Assembly: GCA_963826115.1 (NCBI GenBank)
Contig: CAWGVS010000010.1
Location: forward strand, 192,001-256,000
From: an uncultured Candidatus Rokubacteria bacterium
Lineage (GTDB): Bacteria; Methylomirabilota; Methylomirabilia; Rokubacteriales; DASRDR01
Direction of reading: 5' to 3'
DNA: 64,000 nt
Shown one piece after another: positions 54,845-64,000 of the stretch. Below the pieces are notes generated by a model that saw nothing but the letters and a program-made list of their open reading frames with translations, ran no database searches and had not been told where the DNA came from. Position 1 is the first letter of the stretch. Each line of letters starts with the position of its first letter. The position numbers were made by a program, and so were the translations under genes.

Positions 54845-56071
54845 ATGCGCGAGGTGAAGTGGCCGTACGGGTGGGGCCGGGTCGGCTACTCGTGGGAGGA
54901 GCGCAAGCCGTGGCTCCACCTGCCGTTCCCGGTGGCGGAGTACGAGGGCCGCGTCGAGAAGATCCGCCGGCTCATGCGGGACCGCGGGCTCGACGGCCTG
55001 GTCGTTCACGGCAACCGCGCCGAGCGGGCGCCGGTCCGCTACCTGTCGAACTTCGAGGACTACTACGGCGGCGACACGCTGATCGTCATCCCGCTGGCGG
55101 GCCCGGTCGGGCTGACGACGAACGCGGTCATGCACGGCGAGCCCATGCACTCGGGCATCCAGGACACCTGGATCCACGACGTCCGGTGCGCCCCGCACCC
55201 GCGCACCGTCGACTACCAGACGACGACGATCTACGACCACCTGGCGGACTTCCTCGCCGAGCGCGGGCTGGCTCAGGGGACGGTCGGCATCTCGGGCGAG
55301 TACGCCTACCACGCGCGGGAGTTCCTGAAGAAGCGCTTCCCGGCCGTCAAGCAGGTGGAGGCCGCCGCGATCATCGGCGAGGCGATGATGCGGAAGAGCG
55401 ACGCCGAGGTGGCGCTGATGAAGGAGGTCGCTCTGATGAGCGACCAGGGCCTGATCGCCTTCATGAAGGCGGTCAAGCCCGGGGTGAGCGAGCACGATCT
55501 CGCCGCCGAGGCGAACTACGCCATGTTCAAGGCGGGCGCCGAGGACACGGCCTTCCCCATCGCGGCCTGCGGCGGCCCGCGGAGCGGCTTCAAGCACGTG
55601 GTCCCGAGCGGCCGCAAGCTCCAGGCCGGGGAGATCGCCTTCACCGACCTGGGCGCCCGGCTCAAGGGATACTGCAGCGACACGGCGCGCGGGAAGGTGG
55701 TGGGCGACGCGCCGACCCCCGAGCAGCGGCGGTTCCTGAACGCGCAGATCGACATCGTCCACGCGACGATCGCTATGATCCGGCCGGGCGTGCGCATCGG
55801 CGACGTCGCCGCGCGCGGGGCCGAGATGGCCAAGGAGTTCGGTTACGAGGAGTGGTTCTACTTCCGCGGGCACGGCATCGGGGCCACGACGCACATCCCT
55901 CCGAGCTTCGTTCCCGGGAGCAACGCCATCCTCGAGAAGAACATGACGTTCGCCTACGAGCCGATGTTCGTCCGCAAGGACTTCGGGACCGCGTGCGTCG
56001 AGGACCTCTACGTCGTGACCGCCGACGGCTGCGAGCGGCTCTCCGAAGCCCCCGAGAAGTGGTGGGAGTAG
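54845..56071 (+). CDS. M24 (Xaa-Pro peptidase/creatinase-fold) hydrolase
   Basis: FPVAEYEGRV creatinase-N domain; RKSDAEV; D..GYCSD, GHGIG, YEP and VED metal ligands. Confidence 0.88.
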   Translation: MREVKWPYGWGRVGYSWEERKPWLHLPFPVAEYEGRVEKIRRLMRDRGLDGLVVHGNRAERAPVRYLSNFEDYYGGDTLIVIPLAGPVGLTTNAVMHGEPMHSGIQDTWIHDVRCAPHPRTVDYQTTTIYDHLADFLAERGLAQGTVGISGEYAYHAREFLKKRFPAVKQVEAAAIIGEAMMRKSDAEVALMKEVALMSDQGLIAFMKAVKPGVSEHDLAAEANYAMFKAGAEDTAFPIAACGGPRSGFKHVVPSGRKLQAGEIAFTDLGARLKGYCSDTARGKVVGDAPTPEQRRFLNAQIDIVHATIAMIRPGVRIGDVAARGAEMAKEFGYEEWFYFRGHGIGATTHIPPSFVPGSNAILEKNMTFAYEPMFVRKDFGTACVEDLYVVTADGCERLSEAPEKWWE

Positions 56072-56135
56072 AGGGAGCGGGACCGGACCGACCCTCGGAT
56101 CGGGACCTCGGGCGGCGGGCGGCGACGATCGGCGC

Positions 56136-57060
56136 GTGATCCGGTTCGCCGCCCGCCGGCTCGGCTTCATGCTGCTGATCTTCGTGGTCAGCAGCGTCGT
56201 CGTGTTCGTGGTGGGCCGCCTTGCCCCGGGCGACCCGGTGCAGCTCCTGATGGGGGATCTCCGCGACCCGGTGTCCGAGGCGCGCCTCCGCCGGGAGCTC
56301 GGCCTCGACCTGCCGCTCTGGGGTCAGTACCTCCACTTCGCCGGGCGGGCGCTGCGCGGCGACCTCGGCCAGTCCTACGCGAACCCCGGCCGGTCGATCA
56401 ACCGCATGATCGCCGAGGCGGTGCCACCGACCGCGCGCCTCGCGCTGGCGACGGTGACGCTGGCCATCCTCGTTGGCGTCCCGCTCGGGGTCTACTCCGC
56501 GGTCGGCCCGGCAGTCGACGGGTGACGTCCTGGCGCGGCTGGTCGCGCTCGGCGGCATGTCGCTCCCGAGCTTCGTCGTCGCGGTGCTGCTCATCCGGTG
56601 GCTCGCGCTCGGCTGGCACGTCGCGCCGGTGTCGGGGTGGGGGGACCTCCGGCACTACGTGCTGCCGGTCCTCGTCCTCCTCGTCCAGCCGCTCGCCTAC
56701 ATCACGCGCGTGACGCGCGCCGGCGTCCTCCGGGTCCTGCCCGAGGACTACGTGCGCACCGCCCACAGCAAGGGCCTGTCGCCCTGGCGTGTCCTCTCGC
56801 GGCACGTGCTCCCGAACGCCGCGATCTCCGTCCTGACGATCGTCGGCCTGGCGTTCAGCTACGCGCTCACCGGCGCGTTCGTCGTCGAGACCATCTTCCG
56901 CATCCCCGGGCTCGGGCAGGCCGCCATCGGCGCGCTCTTCTCGCGGGACTACCCGATGGTGCAGGCGGTGGGGCTCCTCTACGCGACGGTCTTCATCGGG
57001 ATCAACTTCCTGGTGGACCTCGGGTACGCGTACCTCGATCCGCGGATCCGGTATCGATGA
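56136..57060 (+). CDS. Peptide ABC permease (OppB-like), frameshift near 56505
   Basis: N-half 56136-56525 (PGDP, LGLDLPLWGQY) and C-half 56473-57060 (YVRTAHSKGL, LDPRIRY) differ by one base. Confidence 0.85.
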
Positions 57061-57959
57061 TCGGCCAGGCGGCGCCGCTCGCCCCGTCCGCGCTGGGGCC
57101 GGCCGCCCGGCCGGCCGCCCGTCGCGCGCAGTGGCTCCGCGCGGTGCGTCGGGACCGGACGACGGTGGCGGCCGGCCTGCTGGTCCTCCTGATCGTCGCG
57201 GGGAGCCTCGTCCTGCCCGAGATCCTGCCGTACCGCTACGACAAGCAGAGCCTCGACCACACCTTCGAGGGCCCGAGCGCGCGGCACTGGCTCGGGACCG
57301 ACCAGTACGGCCGGGACCTGCTCGTCCGCCTGGCGCAGGGCGGCCGTATCTCGCTCGCGGTGGCCCTGGTCACCGTCCTCGCCGAGGTGCTCCTGGGCGG
57401 GGTCCTGGGCGGCGTGGCCGGCTACGCGGGCGGCGTGCTCGACGAGTGGCTGATGCGGCTGACGGACATGATGCTCGCCTTCCCGGCGCTCCTGCTCGCG
57501 CTCCTCCTGGCGGCCATGCTGGGTCCGGGCGCGACGACGGTCGTGGCCGCCCTGACCCTCGCCGGCTGGCCCGCGATGGCCCGTACCGTGCGCGGCGAGG
57601 TGCTGAGCCTGAAGGAGCGGGAGTTCGTGGTCGCGGCGCGGGCCCAGGGCGCGAGCGTGGCCCGCGTGCTCCTCCGGCACCTCCTCCAGAACACCGCCCA
57701 CCTCATCGTCGTCCGCGCCACGCTCGACGTGGGGCCGATCATCCTCACCGAGGCGACGCTCTCCTTCCTGGGCCTCGGCGTGCAGCGGCCGATGCCGTCG
57801 TGGGGCGTCCTGATCGCGGACTCCTTCCAGTACCTCCAGAGCGCGCCGGCGCTCGCGGTGATCCCGTGCGTCACCCTGTCCGTCACCATCCTGGCGCTCA
57901 ACTTCCTCGGCGAGGGCGCAGCCGAGGCGCTGGACCCCAGCGTGCGCGAGGCACCTTGA
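57057..57959 (+). CDS. Peptide ABC permease (OppC-like)
   Basis: HWLGTDQYGRD, EFVVAARAQG, EATLSFLGLG. Confidence 0.92.
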   Translation: MIGQAAPLAPSALGPAARPAARRAQWLRAVRRDRTTVAAGLLVLLIVAGSLVLPEILPYRYDKQSLDHTFEGPSARHWLGTDQYGRDLLVRLAQGGRISLAVALVTVLAEVLLGGVLGGVAGYAGGVLDEWLMRLTDMMLAFPALLLALLLAAMLGPGATTVVAALTLAGWPAMARTVRGEVLSLKEREFVVAARAQGASVARVLLRHLLQNTAHLIVVRATLDVGPIILTEATLSFLGLGVQRPMPSWGVLIADSFQYLQSAPALAVIPCVTLSVTILALNFLGEGAAEALDPSVREAP

Positions 57960-58061
57960 CGCCGCCGGGCCGGTGTCCGATTCTGGCCTCGATGTCGCTC
58001 GCGCCGCCGACCGGATCTGCGGCGGGCCGGCACGACTGTTGCGCAACGCACTGAGTGGAGG

Positions 58062-59669
58062 ATGACGATGCCACGCTACGGGTTCGGATTCCGCGCCGTC
58101 CTGGCCGCCGCGGCCGTGCTCCTGACCGCGACGCTGCCGGGCGGCGCCCTGGCTCAGACCACGTTCCGCTCGGTCCTCGTGGGAGAGCCGCCGCACATCG
58201 ACCCGCAGCGGATGGCCGACTTCGGCTCGTACACGGTCACGAGCCAGGTCTACTCCACGCTCACGGTCCTGGACGAGAAGCTCCAGATCGTGCCGTACAC
58301 GGCCGAGAAGTGGACGGTATCCCGCGACGGGCTCACCTGGACGTTCAAGCTGCGCGACAACATCGTCTTCCACAACGGGCGGAAGGCGGACGCCAACGAC
58401 GTCAAGTACTCGCTGACCCGGCTGGCCTCGCCAGACTCGCGCTCCCCGAGCTCCTTCCTGCTCCTGTCGGACGTCGTGGGCTTCGAGGCCGTCAACAAGC
58501 AGGGGGAGAAGGACCTGGCCGGAGTCAGGGTGATCGACCCGCTGACGGTCGAGATCAAGCTCCAGTCGCCGCCGAAGGGTGATCTGGCGACACGACTGTC
58601 CCACATCTCGACGGCCATCATCGCCAAGGAAGCGGTGGAGGCGGGCGGACCCAACTGGGCGGAGGCCCAGCCGATCGGGACGGGGCCGTGGAAGCTGAAG
58701 GAGTGGGCCCACCGCTCCAAGGTGGTGTACGACGCGTTCCCGCAGTTCTTCGAGGGGAAGCCGAAGGTCGATCGACTCGAGATGCCGATCGTCCAGGAGC
58801 CGGCGACGCAGCTCGCGATGTACCAGAACGGCGAGCTGGACGTCCTGCTGGTTCCGCTGGGCGACTACCCGCGTCTCAAGGCCGATCCCCGGTTCGGCAA
58901 GGAGATGAAGGTGTGGGACCGGGCGCAGGTGCAGTTCCTCGCCCTCAACCCGCGCGTCTACGCCCCGTTCAAGGACGTCCGGGTCCGCCAGGCATTCGCC
59001 CAGTCCATCGACCGGCAGAAGGTGATCAGCCAGGTGTTCCACGGCCTCTACCTCCCCGCGGCGGGGATGCTGCCGCCGGGCATTCCGGGCCACGACGCCC
59101 AGCTGAAGCCGCTCCCGTACGACCCGGCGCGGGCCAAGCAGCTCCTGGCCGAGGCGGGCTTCCCCGACGGCAAGGGGCTGCCGCCCCTGCCCATGTCGGT
59201 CAACCCGGTGACGGCCGACTACCGGATGATGGCCGAGCCGATCGCCGCGATGCTGAAGGACACCCTCGGCGTCAACATCGAGGTGCAGATGATGGAGTTC
59301 GCGGCCTACACCGCGGCGATGAACCGGCGGGACGTGCTCCCGTCGTTCATGACCGGGTGGAGCGCGAGCACCCTCGACGCCGCCTACTTCCACGAGCTGT
59401 GGCTCTTCAGCAAGTCGCCGATGAACCGCGTGAACTTCGAAAGCCCGGCGTTCGACAAGCTCATCGAGCAGGTGAACTCGGCGCCCGACCGGTCGCGGCG
59501 CATCGCGCTCATCAAGCAGGCGGAGGAGGTCATCACGAAGGAGGTGCCCCTCATCCCGATCATGTACACCCGCTTCGTGTACCTGATCAGCCCGCGGGTG
59601 AAGGGCCTCGAGATGGTGCCGCTGAGCCTCGGCTTCGGGCCGTTCCGCGGCGTCGAGGTCGTCCGCTAG
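58062..59669 (+). CDS. Peptide ABC substrate-binding protein (family 5)
   Basis: Signal peptide; SRDGLTWTFKLRDNIVFHNG, PIGTGPW, DVRVRQAF, YDPARAKQLLAEAGF. Confidence 0.93.
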   Translation: MTMPRYGFGFRAVLAAAAVLLTATLPGGALAQTTFRSVLVGEPPHIDPQRMADFGSYTVTSQVYSTLTVLDEKLQIVPYTAEKWTVSRDGLTWTFKLRDNIVFHNGRKADANDVKYSLTRLASPDSRSPSSFLLLSDVVGFEAVNKQGEKDLAGVRVIDPLTVEIKLQSPPKGDLATRLSHISTAIIAKEAVEAGGPNWAEAQPIGTGPWKLKEWAHRSKVVYDAFPQFFEGKPKVDRLEMPIVQEPATQLAMYQNGELDVLLVPLGDYPRLKADPRFGKEMKVWDRAQVQFLALNPRVYAPFKDVRVRQAFAQSIDRQKVISQVFHGLYLPAAGMLPPGIPGHDAQLKPLPYDPARAKQLLAEAGFPDGKGLPPLPMSVNPVTADYRMMAEPIAAMLKDTLGVNIEVQMMEFAAYTAAMNRRDVLPSFMTGWSASTLDAAYFHELWLFSKSPMNRVNFESPAFDKLIEQVNSAPDRSRRIALIKQAEEVITKEVPLIPIMYTRFVYLISPRVKGLEMVPLSLGFGPFRGVEVVR

Positions 59670-59689
59670 GGCGGCGGGAGGAGGCGGCG

Positions 59690-60382
59690 ATGGCGATCTG
59701 GGACGACGTCGTTCCGCGCGCCGAGCAGCAGATCTACGAGGACGGGGGATGGGGCGGGCGCGTGGGCTTCGGCGCGCGCCCCGCGCTCCTGGTCGTGGAC
59801 ATGTACACCGCCTTCGTGGACCCCGCGTACCCCTTCGCGAGCCCCGGCGCTCGCGAGACCGCGCGGGTCATCGCCGAGCTCCTCGACGCGGCGCGGGCGG
59901 GCGGGACGCCCGTCTTCTACACGCGCGGCGAGCGGGCGACCTGGCCGATCGAGCGCGGGCGCTGGAAGACCCGCGGGACGCTCCGGCCGATCATGGCCCG
60001 CCCCGAGGCCTACCAGATCGTGCCGGAGCTGGCGCCCCGGCCCGAGGAGCCCGTGATCGTCAAGGCGTACCCGAGCGGCTTCGTGGGCACCAACCTGCTC
60101 GCGTATCTCGTCTACCACGGCGTGGACACGCTCATCGTGACCGGGGCCGTCACGAGCGGCTGCGTCCGCGACACGGTGCTGGACGCCTTCAACCACAACT
60201 ACCGGGTCATCGTGCCGGAGGAGGCCGTCTGCGACCGGGGCGCCACCTCCCACAAGGTGACGCTCTTCGACATCCACATGAAGTACGGCGACGTGATCCC
60301 GCAGGCGGAGGTGCGCGAGTATCTGAAAACGGTCCGCGGCGGCGAGGCGAGTCTCGCGCTCGAGGAGGCCGCGGCGCGCTGA
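59690..60382 (+). CDS. Isochorismatase-family cysteine hydrolase (NicF / N-carbamoylsarcosine amidase-like)
   Basis: GFGARPALLVVDM, IVKAYPSGF, GAVTSGCVR, KYGDV; D-K-C triad. Confidence 0.9.
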   Translation: MAIWDDVVPRAEQQIYEDGGWGGRVGFGARPALLVVDMYTAFVDPAYPFASPGARETARVIAELLDAARAGGTPVFYTRGERATWPIERGRWKTRGTLRPIMARPEAYQIVPELAPRPEEPVIVKAYPSGFVGTNLLAYLVYHGVDTLIVTGAVTSGCVRDTVLDAFNHNYRVIVPEEAVCDRGATSHKVTLFDIHMKYGDVIPQAEVREYLKTVRGGEASLALEEAAAR

Positions 60383-60422
60383 CGGGTCCGGCGGCGCTCG
60401 CCGCCGCGCGAGGCCGGGACGG

Positions 60423-61389
60423 TCAGGGTCGGCCGTCTCGGCCGACGATGTCCTGCACGCGGGCGAGGTCCACGTTCCCGCCGCTCAGCACGGCCACGAC
60501 CGTCCGGCCGCCGAGCCCGTCGATCCGGCCGGCGAGGAGCGCGGCCACTGCCGCGGCGCCCGCGCCCTCCACCAGGAGCTTCGCGCGCTCGAGGAGACCG
60601 CGCATCGCCTCCCGGATCTCGTCCTCCGACACCGCGACGAGGTCGTCGACGTGGCGGGCGACCGTCTCGACCACGAGCTGGCTCGTCGTGGGCGAGGCGA
60701 GCCCGTCGGCGACGCTCGGCGCGCGCTTGATCCATTGCGGCTTGCCGGCGGCCAGGGAGTCGTGCACGAGCCGCCCGGGGAGGCACTCGACGCCGACCAC
60801 GCGCACCTCCGGGCGGCGTAGCTTGATCGCGGCGGCGATCCCCGAGATGAGCGTGCCCCCGCCGACGGGCACCACGACGGCCTCCACGTCCGGAAGGTCC
60901 TCCAGGATCTCGGCGCCGATCGAGCCGTAGCCGGCGATCAGCGCGGCGTCGGCCCACGCGTCGATGAGCACCGCGCCGTGCCGGGCCCGGAGCGCCTCGA
61001 CCCCGTCGAACCAGGTCGCGGGATCCGGGTGGAGGACGACCTCGGCGCCGTAGCCCCGCACCGCGTCGATCTTCGCGGCGGACGCCGTCGCGAGCATCGA
61101 CACCCAGCAGCGCACGCCGGCCTGGCGCGCGGCGTAGGCGACGCCCTGGGCCAGGTTGCCCGCGGACATGACGATGACGCCGCGTCGCTTCTCGTCCGCG
61201 CTCGAGCTGGGCGATCCGGTTGACGCCGCCGCGCGGCTTGTAGGAGCCGGTCTTCTGGAGGTTCTCGCACTTGACGTGGAGCCGCACGCCGCACCGGGCG
61301 CCGAGGCTCGCCGTCGACAGGAGGGGCGTCCGGTGCACCTGCCCGCGGATGACGGCCCGCGCGCCGTCGAGCTCTTCTCGCGTGATCAC
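60423..61389 (-). CDS. PLP-dependent threonine/serine dehydratase family, frameshift near 61203
   Basis: KCENLQKTGSYKPRG in the first frame; SAGNLAQGVA, VPVGGGTLISG, LSGGNVD in the second. No ACT domain. Confidence 0.88.
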
Positions 61390-61432
61390 CCGCGGCCCGC
61401 CGGCGCGCGCGATCCCGCCACGTCGCGCGGGG

Positions 61433-62209
61433 TCACGGAGTCGCCGGGTCGACCTCGGCGCGAGTGGCCCCGCGACGGAACCGGCCGAGCATGATCGTCA
61501 TCGGGAAGGGAAGGGTGTCGCGATACAGCCCGATCTTGAAGTACACGCTGTCGAGGTCGTCCGGGTAGCCCAGGGAGCCCTTGTAGTCGACGACCTGGCG
61601 GCCGTTGAGCCAGGCCTGGAGGAAACCGTCGGGCGTGGGCGTCAGCTTGAGGTGGTAGACGAGCTGGTTCCAGCGCCCGCGGATGTCGGCCTTCTCCTCG
61701 AAGAGCACGACGCGCTTGTCGGCCTCCTGGATGGTGATCGAGAAGACGCCGTTCCGGTAGCGGTTGGCGATGGCGGGGCTGTGGTCCGCCGTGCAGTCGC
61801 CGCAGGCCTGCTTCCACTGCCCGAGGACGAGGCGTCGGTCGACCACCGGAAAGTCGGTCGGGATGTAGAGCTGGAAGCTGTACCAGACGTCGGTGCCGGT
61901 CGGGAGATGGAAGCGGTTGGCCTCGGACAGCTCCGCGCGCTCCGCGACGCCTCCGCTCTCGGCCATGTCGCCGGTCCGGAGCGTGATCGCCAGGACGCTC
62001 CGATCCTGCCCCGCCGGATCGGGGACGGACTTGAGCCCGTCGGACTTGATCCGCTGGAGCTGCCAGACGGAGCCCGGGCCGCTCGGGAAGTCGTCCGCGA
62101 GCGTCAGCGTCGGCCCGTCGGCGACCGAGCGCGCCGGCCCGACTCCCGTCAGGACGAGCATGACCAGAACCAGTCCGCACAACCGGATCGCTCCCGCACC
62201 GTGACGCAT
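61433..62209 (-). CDS. Secreted polysaccharide-lyase-like (beta-jelly-roll) protein
   Basis: Signal peptide; ERAEL, VLGQWKQ and YFKIGLYR motifs of PL7/heparinase-I-like fold proteins. Confidence 0.75.
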   Translation of the reverse strand: MRHGAGAIRLCGLVLVMLVLTGVGPARSVADGPTLTLADDFPSGPGSVWQLQRIKSDGLKSVPDPAGQDRSVLAITLRTGDMAESGGVAERAELSEANRFHLPTGTDVWYSFQLYIPTDFPVVDRRLVLGQWKQACGDCTADHSPAIANRYRNGVFSITIQEADKRVVLFEEKADIRGRWNQLVYHLKLTPTPDGFLQAWLNGRQVVDYKGSLGYPDDLDSVYFKIGLYRDTLPFPMTIMLGRFRRGATRAEVDPATP

Positions 62210-62319
62210 GGCCTCGTCCCGCCTCCCGCTCGGATGATCGCTGCCCTCCCGGCATGCTAGCACGCGACCGCGCCGGGGGCTGGCGCCGGCCGGCCTCGCG
62301 CCCGAGGAGGGGCGCGCGC

Positions 62320-62348
62320 TTGACAGGCTGTCGTTCCCCCCCGATCAT
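62320..62348 (+). promoter_or_regulatory. Putative sigma70-type promoter
   Basis: TTGACA-N17-GATCAT upstream of the SBP gene. Confidence 0.4.
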
Positions 62349-62429
62349 GCGTCAAACGCCGGGCCCGGACCCCGTGACGCCGCCTGCCTGCGCTCCCGGG
62401 GCCGAGGCCCCCATCGAAAGGAGCCGTTC

Positions 62430-64000
62430 ATGAAGAGGGTCACCTGGCTGCGTCGCGGCGATGGTCCTGCTCGCCGGTCCCGCCCTGGCGGCGACGCCCA
62501 AGGACACGGTCGTCATGGCCAAGCAGATCGACGACATCATCTCGCTGGATCCCGCCGAGTCGTTCGAGTTCTCGGGCAGCGAGGTGACCGGCAACATCTA
62601 CGAGCGGCTCATCGCCTACGACCTGAAGGACGTCAGCAAGCTCAAGGGCGAGCTGGCGGAGAGCTGGTCGGCCGGCGCCGACGGGAAGACCTACACCTTC
62701 AAGATGAAGAAGGGCATCAAGTTCCACTCGGGCAACCCGGTGACCGCGCAGGACGCCGCCTACTCGCTCCAGCGGGCGGTGATCATGAACAAGACGCCCG
62801 GGTTCATCCTCACCCAGTTCGGCTTCACCAAGGAGAACGCGAAGGAGAAGATCCGGGCGACCGACGACCAGACGCTGGTCGTCGAGACGGGCGAGGCGGT
62901 GGCGCCGACCTTCTTCTACTACTGCCTGACCGCCGTCATCGGCGGGGTGGTGGACATGAAGACCGTCCAGGCGCACGAGAAGGACGGCGACTTCGGGAAC
63001 GAGTGGCTCAAGACGAACTCGGCCGGCTCCGGGCCGTTCAAGCTCGTCAGCTGGAAGGCGAAGGAGTCCTACACGCTCGAGCGCTGGGACGGGTACTGGG
63101 GCACGAAGGCGCTGCCGCGCCGCGTGGTCGTCCGCCACGTCCCGGAGGCCGCGACCCAGCGCCTCCTTCTCGAGAAGGGCGACATCGACTACGCGCGGGA
63201 CCTCAGCAAGGACCAGCTCGACGCCGTCCGCGGCAACGCGAACATCAAGCTCCAGCAGGCGCCCAAGGGCTCGATCTTCTACGTCAGCCTGAACCAGAAG
63301 AACGCGACCCTGGCCAAGCCCGAGGTCCGCGAGGCGCTCAAGTGGCTCACGGACTACGCCTCGATCGAGGAGAGCCTGCTGCGCGGGCTCTACGTCGTCC
63401 ACCAGGCGTTCCTCCCCAAGGGCTTCCTGGGCGCGGTCGAGGACAAGCCGTACAAGTTCGACCTCGCCAAGGCGAAGGCGCTCCTGGCCAAGGCCGGCGT
63501 GCCGGACGGCTTCAACGTGACCATGGACGTCCGCAACTCGTTCCCGACCAACGACATCGCGCAGGCGATCCAGGCCAACTGGGCCAAGGCCGGCGTCAAG
63601 GTCGAGCTCATCCCGGGTGACGGCAAGCAGGTCCTGACGAAGTACCGCGCCCGCAACCACGACATCTACATCGGCTCGTGGGGCCCCGACTACCAGGACC
63701 CGCACACGAACGCCGAGACGTTCGCGATGAACGTGGACAACACGGACGCCGCCAAGTCGAAGACCCTGGCCTGGCGGAACACCTGGGACATCCCGGACAT
63801 GACCAAGCAGACCCAGGCCGCCGTGCTGCGAGCGGGACGCCAAGAAGCGCGCGGAGATGTACCAGGCGATCCAGCGCGAGCACCAGCGGAGCTCGCCGTT
63901 CATCATCATGTTCCAGCAGACGGAAGTGGCCGCTCACGGCAAGGACGTGGACGGCTTCGTGATCGGGCCGAGCTTCGAGAACAACCTCTACGCGGGGATC
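62430..64000 (+). CDS. Dipeptide-type ABC substrate-binding protein (3'-truncated; indels near 62451 and 63828)
   Basis: AAAGGAG RBS at MKRVTWL. Main frame from 62461 reads VLLAGPALAATPKDTVVMAKQIDDIISLDPAESFE...SAGSGPFKL...; frame shifts again before ERDAKKRAEMYQ. Confidence 0.88.

Noticed and set aside
54845-61389. Ectoine (eutBD) or creatine utilisation cluster
   Set aside because: The M24 keeps all five metal ligands, no eutC/eutE or sarcosine oxidase is present, and the dehydratase is on the opposite strand.

Overview
Very GC-rich bacterial chromosomal window with about 55 densely packed CDSs. I found no rRNA, tRNA or CRISPR array. Gene content is dominated by solute uptake and small-molecule catabolism: four ABC importer loci (two CUT1 sugar-type, two Opp/Dpp-type) plus a fifth binding protein at the right edge, none with an ATPase gene. 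Enzymes include a GH51 arabinofuranosidase, amidases and peptidases, a Mo-hydroxylase, a W-type AOR, an F420-type LLM and PaaK. The gene style suggests a diderm soil lineage such as Rokubacteria/Methylomirabilota (inference only). Best observations: (1) a probable sigma54-driven pair of a free-standing subtilisin-propeptide gene and a ~1,860-aa S8 protease with 12 Calx-beta repeats; (2) a ~2 kb insert with an atypical ANL/PaaK-like enzyme, bracketed by an intact and a decayed copy of the 3' end of an SBP gene; (3) a translationally coupled Zn-peptidase + non-canonical Ddl-like ATP-grasp pair; (4) a sigma54 operon of tiny secreted proteins divergent from a DUF1207-like beta-barrel; (5) an IS630 element with TIRs and a TA duplication that appears to clip a small coupled ORF. 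About ten single-base frameshifts, all after ~41.8 kb, look like read/assembly errors rather than biology. Family calls are from motif recognition only; no searches were run.
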